Below, piece by piece: positions 42,601 to 51,571 of a stretch of DNA of 64,000 nucleotides. Location: IMG/VR virus record IMGVR_UViG_3300022602_000041. The stretch is one strand, 5' to 3'. Source of the stretch: an uncultured virus (IMG/VR IMGVR_UViG_3300022602_000041) (taxonomy: Duplodnaviria; Heunggongvirae; Uroviricota; Caudoviricetes). Below the pieces are notes generated by a model. That model saw only the letters and a list, made by a program, of their open reading frames with translations, searched no databases and was not told the DNA's origin. The position numbers were made by a program, and so were the translations under genes. The number at the start of each line of letters is the position of its first letter. Position 1 is the first letter of the stretch.

Positions 42601-45600
42601 TTTTAATAAATGATACATTGCCATCGTTAGTCCAAGGAGACGTTGTAAACGCATTGCTTCGGGCTATCATGTTTGTGGATGGATTATAGTATCCGGATCC
42701 TGCATTAATGAAGTTTAATTTAATCAGTTGAGCCGCAGTACCAAACGCATCACTTACACTAGCTTGTACTTGAGTACTTTGATTAAAAATTGTTCCTGTT
42801 CCTGGAATTTCATTAACATCGTAACCCGAACTTACAACACCGAATGTACCATAAGAACTATTACCGTTAGTAGAACGAATACGTCCACCACCTGATGCGT
42901 AGTGTCCGATATAACAGTAATACGAGAATACAGACACACACTCGCTAATAGCACCAGAATTACGAATCCAAACACCGATACCATCGCTTAATACTTGTGT
43001 ATAATCATTATGTAGCATGGCTTTAGTACCACCATTATGCAATGATCCGTCTACAACTGCTCCAGAACATCCTGTTCCAAAGTTTGTAACGTTTTGAACA
43101 TACGGCGAACGACGAATAATCCATACGCTAGTATCGTCGGGGCCAGTGCCAGGATTTAAACTAGTATAAGAACCACCGGTTGGAGTTGCAATACCATATT
43201 GGTCTACTTGACTTAATTGTCCTAACAATCCAAAATTAGACAAGTTACGCATAGTAGTACCGTTTGTCATGTACCACATATTTTTCAAACAATCACCTGC
43301 ATACGCTAACAAACTACCTGTTAACGATGATACTAGTACAATATTTCCAGTAGCAGTAAATGATTGTGAAATAAGAGTCGCTGTCGCGTTATTACTTATA
43401 GTAATTGTAGAAATTCCACTAATTGCTTGTGTTAAAGAAGAAATAACTGTTCCGTTAGGTATTCCTGTACCTGAAACATTCATTCCAACTTTTAAAGATG
43501 TTATACTGTTTACGTTGGCAATTATATTACTTCCTGTATTAATTGTTCCCACAAATACAGTTGTCGGATTATCTAACAATTGAAATGATGTTGATGTTAT
43601 TGAAGAACCAAGAACATAATATGTTTTACCTGGTACTAAAAGTGGATCAAATGCTGTACTAACATTGTTAACGTATGGACTAATAAATTGTAGTGGCATT
43701 TGATCTACCAATCCAACTGTAGTAGATGCTGTAAGAGTATTGGTTATACTTGACGTTTGTGTAACATATAGTTCAATACTAATAGCTGGTTGGACCGTAG
43801 TACTACGTAATTCATCTCCTACTATCGATGTATTTTCTGGAACTATGATTGGTAAGTATTCGTTATAAGTACCTGTTTTAATATTAACAATCGCTGTTAA
43901 TCCACTATTACTACTAGGAACCAAATATGTATTTTGATTAGTTAATGCCGTGATTGCTATGCTCATCAAAGTATTAATTTCTGGAAGTGCGCCTTGCCCG
44001 ACTTCTGCGGCAGGTAACCCAGTTACTTGAGGAATATAATTAATTCCAGATATTCCATTTAATGTTTGGTAGCTTTGTGATGGTGCATTTTGTGCTACAA
44101 CATCAATCATTAAACCTAGCAAATAAGTTAATGATGGTGGAAAATATGCTATAGAAGATTCCACAACGTTATTAACTAATTGTGTTTGACTTCCATAATA
44201 GAACCAACGTAAAGTAGCCGCTACTATTTGACTGTTACCACCTCTTTGCATATCATAGATAATTGCATCAATAACATATCCAGCATCTCTTTGTGTATAA
44301 AACGGGTCAAATAAACTTGTTGTACTGAATGGTGAAATATTATTAGCACATTGATACAGCATCCATTGATACATTTCTGTTATCATCCAGGCTTTATTTG
44401 CTTTTAATAATGCTGTAGCGTTTGGAAAATATAATCCTGTTGCAATGTAATTGCATGTATAGCTAATTGTTTTAAAAGGTGCATCCCAAGATGTACCATG
44501 TAATAAATCATCAACACCACTAACTGTGTCAACATAATATATTGCTGGAACTATATTTAATTGTTGCCAATTTGGTAAGTTTGTAGATCCATTAACTTTT
44601 AATTCATAACCACTAGTTCCGATAGGTATACGAGTATATTGTGGGCCTGTTAAAGAGTTATATGACTCCATATCTCCAACTGTATGCATCGAATTTATAA
44701 TAGAGTGAGATATTAATTTTATCCAATATGCATTAATAGCATCCGTAGATGGATCGACATTTGAATTTTCTTGTATACATTGATATGTGGCGTTAATCCA
44801 TACAACTTGGTCTCCGATAGAATAAGATTTTATATTTGACCAAAATCCTGTAAAAGTTCCGCCTGGAATCAATAGTTTCCAATATGAAGTATTAAGATCT
44901 CTAAATGTTATTGTTTGACCATTCGATAATACATTGTCTGGAGCTCTGTCTAGTACTAATGTAACTCCGTCTGTAATTGTAGAAATATATTGCCCTGAAT
45001 TAAATCCAACTCCGGTAGCAATCATGCCTGGAAGTAATCCAGTTGTAGAGTTCACTACAATAGTAGTTCCTGAACTTCCTGTAGAATTATATTGTACTGC
45101 CGCTGTCGTCGACTGCGGATCTTGTCCAATATTATTGGTAGTAGCTTCGTACAGCACACCACTTTTATTAACTACATCTCCAGTTACATAGGTATTACCA
45201 GAAGACCATGCTCCTCTGATTTTGTAACCAACATTAAATTGCGCCCAGTCGAGTGAATCTAAACTTGGTATATTGTTTAAATTATTTACAGATCTACTGA
45301 CATATGCAGTACCTCCATAAATTACTGCATCATTAAGTTGATAAGTTGTAGATGACGACCATGTTAAATTATCTTCTTGGCCAGGTATAAAGATAGCCCA
45401 GTTAGATGAATTAAAACTTGTACCACTATTAAATCCTGCAGAGTTAGTTGCTATGTAAATGTTAGCATCTAATCTTACTAGATCGTTAAGTTTATATCTA
45501 TAATTTTGCTGCCAAAGACCTAAATATTGTACACCTTTAAACCAAACTGTCCAAGCAGATTGGTTTGCTTCTAAACCTAATGCTACTGTAGCGGCCGAAG

Positions 45601-46054
45601 TATGACCTAAAATACATTCATAAGCGATACCACCATAAGTTACAAATTGTCCTACAGTATAAGTTGTACTTGTAGACCAATTTCCAGCCCACACATTTTC
45701 TTGAAGATATAATGCCCAATCTCCGTTATTAAAATCTGATAAAAATGTCGAGCTAGTGTGAGAATTAGTACAGATATACAAGTTACCTGCAAATGTTACT
45801 ATGGTGTTTAATGTATAAAATCCATTAGAACTCCATGTTCCACCCCATTGCTTACCAACAGTCATCTGTAACCAATATGGATTAGGGCTTACATTTAAGT
45901 CGTTATAAAAATTACTGCTAGATGTATTTCCTACCAAACATACAAATGCTTGACCGCCATATGATACAACACTATCTTGAATAAAAGAAGTGTTAGGTGT
46001 CCATGGGCCTACCCATGTATAACGTATTTTACTGATTTTAAATTCTGCTGACAT
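36698..46054 (-). CDS. Giant virion fibre/adhesin protein (3118 aa), paralog of the 5309-aa protein
   Basis: Same N-terminus (AEFK), CBM-like repeats, GDELRST, DYTQVLSDGIG and near-identical C-terminal HDFL.IGTG...FSTDP.FTANSDAI.PTQKAIK.YITS. Confidence 0.85.
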   Translation of the reverse strand: MSAEFKISKIRYTWVGPWTPNTSFIQDSVVSYGGQAFVCLVGNTSSSNFYNDLNVSPNPYWLQMTVGKQWGGTWSSNGFYTLNTIVTFAGNLYICTNSHTSSTFLSDFNNGDWALYLQENVWAGNWSTSTTYTVGQFVTYGGIAYECILGHTSAATVALGLEANQSAWTVWFKGVQYLGLWQQNYRYKLNDLVRLDANIYIATNSAGFNSGTSFNSSNWAIFIPGQEDNLTWSSSTTYQLNDAVIYGGTAYVSRSVNNLNNIPSLDSLDWAQFNVGYKIRGAWSSGNTYVTGDVVNKSGVLYEATTNNIGQDPQSTTAAVQYNSTGSSGTTIVVNSTTGLLPGMIATGVGFNSGQYISTITDGVTLVLDRAPDNVLSNGQTITFRDLNTSYWKLLIPGGTFTGFWSNIKSYSIGDQVVWINATYQCIQENSNVDPSTDAINAYWIKLISHSIINSMHTVGDMESYNSLTGPQYTRIPIGTSGYELKVNGSTNLPNWQQLNIVPAIYYVDTVSGVDDLLHGTSWDAPFKTISYTCNYIATGLYFPNATALLKANKAWMITEMYQWMLYQCANNISPFSTTSLFDPFYTQRDAGYVIDAIIYDMQRGGNSQIVAATLRWFYYGSQTQLVNNVVESSIAYFPPSLTYLLGLMIDVVAQNAPSQSYQTLNGISGINYIPQVTGLPAAEVGQGALPEINTLMSIAITALTNQNTYLVPSSNSGLTAIVNIKTGTYNEYLPIIVPENTSIVGDELRSTTVQPAISIELYVTQTSSITNTLTASTTVGLVDQMPLQFISPYVNNVSTAFDPLLVPGKTYYVLGSSITSTSFQLLDNPTTVFVGTINTGSNIIANVNSITSLKVGMNVSGTGIPNGTVISSLTQAISGISTITISNNATATLISQSFTATGNIVLVSSLTGSLLAYAGDCLKNMWYMTNGTTMRNLSNFGLLGQLSQVDQYGIATPTGGSYTSLNPGTGPDDTSVWIIRRSPYVQNVTNFGTGCSGAVVDGSLHNGGTKAMLHNDYTQVLSDGIGVWIRNSGAISECVSVFSYYCYIGHYASGGGRIRSTNGNSSYGTFGVVSSGYDVNEIPGTGTIFNQSTQVQASVSDAFGTAAQLIKLNFINAGSGYYNPSTNMIARSNAFTTSPWTNDGNVSFIKNNIAPTGYSEAWLLTGAQGTPGTGYISQAININPTGHYFANISGTSNGTGSGATFNITATPAGYTASVVNGGIIYTVGQTVTVYGSVFGGQTGTNDATITVVSVTMPQWTSNGSATNGTYYYYYNAVYGSTNYYLATSTGTFGTTPPVLAQNLTSGNVTLTYVGTYTATSSSNIKVGTIQTSAGSVSISGTVPSGTSQTYTLSCYVYPGSSNTVDIQAIFSGSSTVVSGVSYNVTSNVVTPYAGSALGNVTNAGLSPVSYGAQKTLKAGWYRVWLAVSDLTGLNTTLTFRLFPQGADAPVANSYSIIYGSQVEISTASGSPNFYLETASGMFTAYANYEVTGAGFGASLTGDENRSKAIFNTRIITDSNGYTGGAGYATNTANATQGDLYSIQLSNSDAGVYNYINMRVLIQSGTGAGQYGWIGYYNKLSTTDSNGIAARTALILKESVDTITVTATQYSLTPANNLISLTPGTDLSRIYVNQVVQFVPTYFSSTITSASLGTITAVATVGGTTNTIQVSSTASLFLNMPVIFTLGAGTGFTITTNYIYYIINISGNNIQIAPTLSGQAIQLSTVGQIAGNTMIITFPNYSLYLTGTNSTVNMVPCIPIEFTGVSLGGLTLGQNYYVNDIIDASNFTVSSTSISLTATASVGGSTNTITVASTASLIPLNAIVFTGNTFDAAITTNTTYYISNITGGTSFQITSTLIRTTATATVFSTNVIQISTSVLSWQAGQPVIFSGIAPTRNFGGILPETIYYILNPNPTLNQIQISTDGINPVNLTSAVGQINVRTAPAANALGGGSGSMLASTTGPRVQVSNTIGVASTMTGTFSLSLIGGLNSYTKYYITAINPGTTPTISVSTSLAGTPVTLITATGTMQLGASGWDNFNPGTPNAVALDSQSIYFIEPRVTYSLPSWSQSLGTVTTPLSGATWQSVTYGNNMFMAMPNGGTVGATSTNGLTWTSIALPSTVGSYTDVAYGNNYWVALGTSSGSSVAIYSNSAGKSWYTSNLPATYNWTSISYGNGIFCAIASNSTQTTSTPVTVSSAKWNAVRYGNGLLVALSQNGVTGYSTNNGSTWNYGTTLSASYVWNDLAYNAGTTTFVAVGTAASGAPVSAYTTTGLTWLTGGTMNLSAGNFQSVVASGLGVYATAGYNTSSIEVSTNSGIAWTTYSLPSVQNWTSIAYGNGIFVVVSGGTTASTAAAYSLVTGQTWTASTLPVSAIWTGIAFDPIIGIFVAIAQNGTTATTSNGYTWTNTTSSVLTSTATLNWQNIRYGNGQYLAQNPGATAAQSSATSVDGINWLLCPMPSVQQWADCAYNSVFNTWLMVSGIATASTTFAIVSIVGPAAYSTNFGYTWSASATGLLTTKFWSQVTYGNGVFICIATDGTTAFSSDGNTWIQSNAPTSSKVLSGVTIASSGGSFACSASPIQIIPGQTMVITGTNVGTGAVENGNYYVYSTTNGATQFTLSSTYPTFTAINTTTAGSPIGLSFALGGTPNYTGIAWGNSRFVAVQSGVGLFPAYTFDGVNWYQGLTYLSATSIGYGQGAFVATNNASTTEYCSDGGVYWYQRTLPYGNISNVTFGFDLNNNGLFVTLSGTGSVSGNATVIYEGVRGQGRAQVTSGVITLVTQWETGSNYTSTPTTTFTDFNAQITCLVQDRLGNGTLSNPTFVNRGTGYNTTSTAIVISGNGYADTYQTGYTIICNNLQTVPAVGSNIVISGVSQIYKVTSAYAVFGTVAPFIEANIQISPAMTVANSPANVTPFSVRALYSQVRLTNHDFLSIGTGNRERTNYPNWDETTAIPGNEAVEINQGHVFYVSTDENGNFAVGSLFGVQQSTGTVTLSATQFGLIGLSQLSLGGLAVGSNQIIISQFSTDPAFTANSDAILPTQKAIKSYITSRLSQGGANTFTGTLIAGTIEVGNPNFIQSSIPNGVAGSSVKMGNKVYINAKGVDGNMAAFDFYGRNAFHRS

Positions 46055-46066
46055 ATTTTATTCCTG

Positions 46067-46453
46067 TTAAGTCGATGAGATAATTTGTGAAGGGCTATAT
46101 GTGTATGTTTGATTTATTCGAACAATTAGCTCACCAGTATTAGTTTCAATGTAGTAAAAACAATTTTTATTGTCCCATCGATATTGATCAAATGCTAAAT
46201 TAGGATATGGTCTTGCATGTGTTACAGCATTTCTTCCGTCAAAAAAGTCCACACCGTATTCAAAGTTTTCAAAGTTATTAGGGCCAGCGCCGGGATTATT
46301 TAAAGTAAGTGTGCCGGTGCTAGTTAATTGGTCTGCTTTATAAAAATATAAAGTGCCGTCTGGGTCGCTTCGTGTTAAGGCGTAAAAATATCTAGGATTA
46401 CCTTCTCCTAATAAATCGTTTAAACTAAATTCATTACCTGCATAATATGACAT
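46067..46453 (-). CDS. Hypothetical structural protein (aromatic-rich, 128 aa)
   Basis: Tightly packed ORF in the fibre block. Confidence 0.7.
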   Translation of the reverse strand: MSYYAGNEFSLNDLLGEGNPRYFYALTRSDPDGTLYFYKADQLTSTGTLTLNNPGAGPNNFENFEYGVDFFDGRNAVTHARPYPNLAFDQYRWDNKNCFYYIETNTGELIVRINQTYTYSPSQIISST

Positions 46454-46462
46454 AATTAATCC

Positions 46463-46795
46463 TTAACTTATTTCAACCCAACTTGCAACTAAATCCATAC
46501 TTGATGAAGTATTGGAATAAACAATTACGTTAGTCGCACCACCGAGCACTAATTTTTCACCGCCTGTCACTACACGCATACTTGTATTAGATGGAATTGT
46601 AACGTTTTGAATATAATATGCGGTTGTTCCTGCGTTGGTATCTTGTAATTGAATACTTGCTTGAATAATACCAGATGTTATATTAGTTAAACTCAACCCA
46701 ATAATTGTTGTAGTTGCTGAAGGGTTAGTTTGAAATAACGGAGTTGTTGCTGTACCTAATCCTGTTGCTAATTTATTTTTGAATAATGTTGACAT
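46463..46795 (-). CDS. Small beta-rich structural protein (paralog family of ~110 aa, copy 2)
   Basis: IPSNTS...GEKLVLGG matches IPGGET...QEKLVLGS of 51571-51900. Confidence 0.7.
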   Translation of the reverse strand: MSTLFKNKLATGLGTATTPLFQTNPSATTTIIGLSLTNITSGIIQASIQLQDTNAGTTAYYIQNVTIPSNTSMRVVTGGEKLVLGGATNVIVYSNTSSSMDLVASWVEIS

Positions 46796-46799
46796 TTTT

Positions 46800-48962
46800 T
46801 TATCCTAATGATAGTATTACACCTATCGCAATATCTGTGGCTTGAGTTGATGTTACGCCGGCTGCGGCGCCTGCCACACTTATCCAACTAGTTCCATTAT
46901 AAATCTCAACGTAACTATATGTAGGATCATTGTTATATCTTATCATTCCTGGTGCAGTATACTGCAATGCAGGATAATTTGTAGTATTTCCAACCGGTAT
47001 AACTACTCCGTATGTTCCTGTAAACTGAACATATCCAGAACCAGTTAGCTGAGATATTGTAGTAGGAGTTGAAACTGTCTGAATTGGACTAACATAATAT
47101 GTTCCGGCCAGGCCTGATGATCCAGTTAATTGAGATGTAATAACTGTTCCTATCGATACTCCGGTTCCACTAATAGTATTACCGATAGTTATACTTCCAT
47201 ACGTCATAGATGAAACTGTTAGTACTACAGGTGTGGAAGTAATACTTTCACTTGAAATAACACTTCCGTAGCTGATACTTAATGTCCAAGAACTAGATGC
47301 ACTAGTGCCAGTTCCTGATATATTAGATACAATATAAGTTCCGTTAGTAATTGAAGTACCACTAATTATTTGTCCGACATCAAGGCCAATACCAGATGCA
47401 CCAAATGGAGATGTGTTACTATAACTGACTGTTCCACTGCTGCCTTGCGATAATATTTGATTTGTACTTATATCTCTAAGATAATTTGAACTATTAATAG
47501 CAAGTAGTAAAATTGCGGTCCCTGTAACTGCGGTTAATTGTCCTCCAGGAACTGACAAAGTTGTTAATGTCGGGTCATATTCTGCTGTACCAATTACAAC
47601 TCTTAAATTACTTATTTCCCCTTGGAATAAATTATTACCATCAATTGTTGCACCAATACTCTCAGTACTGCCTCCGTAGTTAATTGAATTAGTTCTAGCT
47701 CCAGAAGACGTTTGAACACCATTGATATAAACTGTTTCTAATAATCCGCTGTTTCGAACTATTGCAATATGATTCCATGTATTTGTAGAAAAAGATACAG
47801 CATAGGTATAACTACTAACACCTTGCAATGCTATTTGAACTTCGTTGGTACCAATAAAAGTCAATGTATATCCGCCTGCAACTGCACCTAAGATTGTTTG
47901 GGTACCTGTAGAAGTTGTGTAAAAAAAGAATTCAATAGTATATGCAATACCACCGACACCAAATCCTGGAGATAATGACAAGTATTCATTTGTTCCATTA
48001 AACGCAATACTTCCACCGAAAGAATTTGCAGGAGGACTTGTAACAGTTAATACATTTCCTGAAATACTTCCAGTAAATGTAGACGATGTGCCTGGAGAAA
48101 TAGTTCCTACAAATGTTGGATTTTCTGAAGTTACATTTGTAAACGTAGTTATAGCGTTTGTTGCAACATTAGTAATGGTATTCCCAGAAAATGCCAAATT
48201 ACCAACTTGAACTGCACCAGTTCCTGAAGTTACAAAATTAATATTATCATTGGCGTTAATAGTGCTGACAGTATTACCTGTAATAGTTAATCCGCTAGTA
48301 TTTAAAGTAGTAGCATTAGCTGTAGTAGCGTTAACGGTAGTAGTAGTTAATGTATTTGTATAGACATTTTGCCAAGCTAATGAATTCGAACCTAATGTAT
48401 ACGTATTAGTTGCATTTGGAATAATATTGCTAACAATTTCTCCGTCAAGTGCAATTGTATCAGTTGGAGAATTACCTAAAATAATATTTCCTTCAGCAGT
48501 AATATTTCCTGTAGCATGCAAATTACCAGTAACTAATACATTATTGTTTAAATTAATAGACCCAGTACCATTAGCTGTGATATTAATGGGTCCATTTGTA
48601 TTAGTCGAACTAAGTGTATTTCCAGTTAGTGATAAATTACCAATATTAGTTAATGCTGAAAAAACAGTAGGGTTAGATCCATTTGGAACTAAATTAATTG
48701 TTGAATTATCACTAGATATTGTGTTACCAGATATAGTAAACTTTGATCCAGTTACACCTATTTGTGCTTGAGTAGTTGCGTATAAATTAGTTGAGCGAGT
48801 TGTTCCGTTAACATCCAGGTCGTATTGAGGTGCTGTCGTATTAATGCCAATCCGGCTGTCCACAACATCTAAGTAAAGTAAGTTCGTCTCAAAAGATAAA
48901 TTAACCCCATTACGAAGGAGGTTATCCTTTAAGAGCGGACCCGAAATTCGACCAACAGCCAT
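46800..48962 (-). CDS. Fibre-like protein with an inserted LamG/concanavalin-A-like domain (720 aa)
   Basis: RIGINTTAP..LDVNG fibre motif; GGSIAFNG...YTIEFFFY...WNHIAIVR...FQGEISNLRVV LamG pattern; paralog of 49095-50450. Confidence 0.75.
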   Translation of the reverse strand: MAVGRISGPLLKDNLLRNGVNLSFETNLLYLDVVDSRIGINTTAPQYDLDVNGTTRSTNLYATTQAQIGVTGSKFTISGNTISSDNSTINLVPNGSNPTVFSALTNIGNLSLTGNTLSSTNTNGPINITANGTGSINLNNNVLVTGNLHATGNITAEGNIILGNSPTDTIALDGEIVSNIIPNATNTYTLGSNSLAWQNVYTNTLTTTTVNATTANATTLNTSGLTITGNTVSTINANDNINFVTSGTGAVQVGNLAFSGNTITNVATNAITTFTNVTSENPTFVGTISPGTSSTFTGSISGNVLTVTSPPANSFGGSIAFNGTNEYLSLSPGFGVGGIAYTIEFFFYTTSTGTQTILGAVAGGYTLTFIGTNEVQIALQGVSSYTYAVSFSTNTWNHIAIVRNSGLLETVYINGVQTSSGARTNSINYGGSTESIGATIDGNNLFQGEISNLRVVIGTAEYDPTLTTLSVPGGQLTAVTGTAILLLAINSSNYLRDISTNQILSQGSSGTVSYSNTSPFGASGIGLDVGQIISGTSITNGTYIVSNISGTGTSASSSWTLSISYGSVISSESITSTPVVLTVSSMTYGSITIGNTISGTGVSIGTVITSQLTGSSGLAGTYYVSPIQTVSTPTTISQLTGSGYVQFTGTYGVVIPVGNTTNYPALQYTAPGMIRYNNDPTYSYVEIYNGTSWISVAGAAAGVTSTQATDIAIGVILSLG
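48398..48509. repeat. 112-bp direct repeat, copy A (copy B at 49595-49706)
   Basis: Aligned by eye: 5 mismatches, no gaps. Confidence 0.85.
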
Positions 48963-49081
48963 TTACGCTCCTTTATACCCCGTGTTTCACGGTTAACCAC
49001 TCTTTCAGCTTGCGCTCTTTGCGGGTTTACCACAGTATGATATCGGAAAGTTTTAGTCGAACTCTCCAGTAATATTATTTA
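48963..49081 (-). promoter_or_regulatory. Late promoter plus structured 5' leader of the 720-aa gene
   Basis: TAAATA at 49081-49076, then hairpins GGAGAGUU/AACUUUCC, UGUGG/CCGCA, AGC-GCAA-GCU and CCGUG/CACGG before the AAGGAG SD. Confidence 0.55.
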
Positions 49082-49094
49082 TCTGTTTTGATTT

Positions 49095-50450
49095 TTAGTA
49101 CCCTAAGATGAGCTCATATGCAAGAACTAAGTCTTGTACATCGCTACTAGATAAGGTAGCATTATTGCCATAAGCTGGAATCCATGCAGTTCCAGAATAT
49201 ACTTCAAGAGTGTTTATAGACACATTATATCTTAAAGTACCAGTTAACGGTGCTAAAGGATAGTTACTACTTGCTCCGCTAGGAATTACTACACCATATG
49301 TTCCAGCAAACGCTACGTGGCCACTACCTGTACTAGATATAATTAAAGATCCAGAACTTGGTTGAAATATATCGTTACCTTCTATATAGTTAATTCCGTT
49401 AAAATTAACAAGTCCTGTTCCTGAAGTTGAAAGTAAAATAGTATTACTATTGTTTGTATCAAAAATAGTATTGCTATTAAATTCAACATTTCCTCCAATA
49501 ATGTTAGTTGCGTTAATTGTAGGTACAGTATAATAATTAATTGTAGTATTATTTGAATATACATTGGCCCATACTAAACTATTTGATCCTAAGTTATACG
49601 TATTAGTTGCATTTGGAATAATATTGCTATCAATTTCTCCATCAAATGCAATTGTATCAGTTGGAGAATTACCTAAAGTAATATTTCCGTCAGCAGTAAT
49701 ATTTCCGGCAGTAGTAATATTTCCGTCTGCCCATAAATTACCAGATATAGTTAATTCTACATTGCCTACATCATTGGAAATATTAATGCCGCCTTGGGTG
49801 GCTACCGATGTAATATTAACATAAAATGTTGTAGCATATTGAGTTATTGTAGCAGTTCCAGTAGTATAACCAACTCCGGGAGTAACTATCACAGCGGATT
49901 CTCCAGTAGAACCTACAGGAAAATAGATTGTTGCACCTGTTCCGCCTGTTTGTACCACTGGTAAAGTTTGTCCGTATATAAGTGACATATCACTAACTGA
50001 TATTACACCTGTAATTGCTCCAACTGCACTAGTATCACCAGTTATGTTTATACTGTCATTTGTAACAGTATTGGTTATATTGTTACCATAGATATATAAA
50101 TTATTTGTTGCAAACCCAGCCATGTTAATGGTAGGATTACTAGATTGGTTTGGCTGTATTATTATTTCATCAGTTACGTGGCTAATAGTATTGCCGGAAA
50201 TAATAAAATTATTAATTTCTAATTGATTGGTAATATTTGCATTGATAGTTTGCAAAGAGCCAGAAGTTGCATTACCGGCATTGTTTAAATTACCTACATG
50301 AAGATCCGCTGAAGGGCCAGGAGTATTGATGCCAATAGTTTTACTATTAACATTAAAGAATAATAAATTAGTGTCAAACGCTAGGTTATTTCCGTTTCGC
50401 AGTAAGTTATCTGCTAATAACGGGCCACCTATTCTTCCCATTTGGGCCAT
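49095..50450 (-). CDS. Fibre-like protein (451 aa), paralog of the 720-aa protein
   Basis: GRIGGPLLADNLLRNG versus GRISGPLLKDNLLRNG; shared C-terminal GVVIP.G...RYN...E.Y.GT.W. Confidence 0.75.
   Translation of the reverse strand: MAQMGRIGGPLLADNLLRNGNNLAFDTNLLFFNVNSKTIGINTPGPSADLHVGNLNNAGNATSGSLQTINANITNQLEINNFIISGNTISHVTDEIIIQPNQSSNPTINMAGFATNNLYIYGNNITNTVTNDSINITGDTSAVGAITGVISVSDMSLIYGQTLPVVQTGGTGATIYFPVGSTGESAVIVTPGVGYTTGTATITQYATTFYVNITSVATQGGINISNDVGNVELTISGNLWADGNITTAGNITADGNITLGNSPTDTIAFDGEIDSNIIPNATNTYNLGSNSLVWANVYSNNTTINYYTVPTINATNIIGGNVEFNSNTIFDTNNSNTILLSTSGTGLVNFNGINYIEGNDIFQPSSGSLIISSTGSGHVAFAGTYGVVIPSGASSNYPLAPLTGTLRYNVSINTLEVYSGTAWIPAYGNNATLSSSDVQDLVLAYELILGY
49595..49706. repeat. 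112-bp direct repeat, copy B
   Basis: See 48398-48509. Confidence 0.85.
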
Positions 50451-50464
50451 AATTTACTCCTTAG

Positions 50465-51571
50465 TTATTGATCAAATCCGATCAAAGCTGTAACTATTTT
50501 TCCGTATGGAGGTGGGCTACTGAATTTTAAATACCAACCAGATCCAGTTGTAGCACCTTCGCTAATGGTAATATTAACTGTATTAATTGCAATAGTTGAA
50601 CTCGGATAATTATTCATTGTAATACTAACTAATGCATCAGTGCCAGTATCAACACTATAACTTGCCACTGTACTTGACCCAGCTATTCCTGTACCTGTAA
50701 CATTTGCTCCAATTAAATTGTTTAAACTTGCAAATACTGCTGGTGTTGTTCCGCTAGCTGTTACTGTACCACCATAGACTGTAGCAGATCCTGGATTACT
50801 TGAAAGAGCATAAGTAATAGAAGTTGCAGTACTGCCTGTTACGGTATATATACCGTTATAACCAGTTGGTATCATTCCAGTTACTGTGATAGTTGCTCCT
50901 ATTGCAAATGGAGGTTCTGATCTAGTTTTTGATGATCCAGTTTGATCTGTATAAGTTGAAGCAAATGTTAAAGTTGCTACATTTGTGCTCCAACTAGCAG
51001 ATATTACATTTGCACTTGTATTAAAATATAATATTTTTGAACCAGTAGATCCTGCAAAACTTAATGTTCCAATTGCACTACTATCAGTACCTATACTTGG
51101 GTTTTGTACTACTGTATAGTTTACGTTGTTTAATTGCATCAAGTTTTCAATTAATACAATAATATTTTGACCACCCCATGCTACATTGGTACTGTATTGT
51201 CCAGACGAACTTCCATTACCAGTTTGTACTACTGTCGGTGGAGCTGGATTTAATGGTCCAAAATATACCTGACTACTGTCTCCTACTCCTAAGTTTTGTT
51301 GGGTAATTCCTGTAGATTCTTTATATCTAATAGCTCTCCAAGTTGCTGAACCACCACTACCTTGATAAACTTCTACTTCGTTTGTTGTAGCATTATATCG
51401 CATCATACCAACTTGTGGACTACTTGGAACTTGTGAGCTTGACCCGTTTGGTATCACTACACTTCCGCCATTGACTGGTGCTATAAAGACATTAGCATTA
51501 GCTACATCTGAATACAAAGTTGTATCATTAGCAACTCTGCGATTAATATTTTGACGTTTTAAATATCTCAT
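50465..51571 (-). CDS. Structural/fibre adaptor protein (368 aa) with an FCCH-like insertion
   Basis: VVIPNG...GMMRYNATTNEVEVYQG motif shared with the 451- and 720-aa proteins; ATLTF...PFAIG.TITVTG..P.GYNG.YTV module. Confidence 0.65.
   Translation of the reverse strand: MRYLKRQNINRRVANDTTLYSDVANANVFIAPVNGGSVVIPNGSSSQVPSSPQVGMMRYNATTNEVEVYQGSGGSATWRAIRYKESTGITQQNLGVGDSSQVYFGPLNPAPPTVVQTGNGSSSGQYSTNVAWGGQNIIVLIENLMQLNNVNYTVVQNPSIGTDSSAIGTLSFAGSTGSKILYFNTSANVISASWSTNVATLTFASTYTDQTGSSKTRSEPPFAIGATITVTGMIPTGYNGIYTVTGSTATSITYALSSNPGSATVYGGTVTASGTTPAVFASLNNLIGANVTGTGIAGSSTVASYSVDTGTDALVSITMNNYPSSTIAINTVNITISEGATTGSGWYLKFSSPPPYGKIVTALIGFDQ

Noticed and set aside
48990..49035. c-di-GMP-I riboswitch-like words (GGUAAACC, CGCAAAG, GAAAGAGUGG) in the structured leader
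   Set aside because: The order differs from the riboswitch and the strand needed to pair with GAGUGG is missing. Kept only as an unclassified structured leader pending an Rfam search.
48398..49706. Diversity-generating retroelement TR/VR pair
   Set aside because: The five mismatches are not adenine-specific on either strand, both copies are mid-gene, and no reverse transcriptase is in the window.
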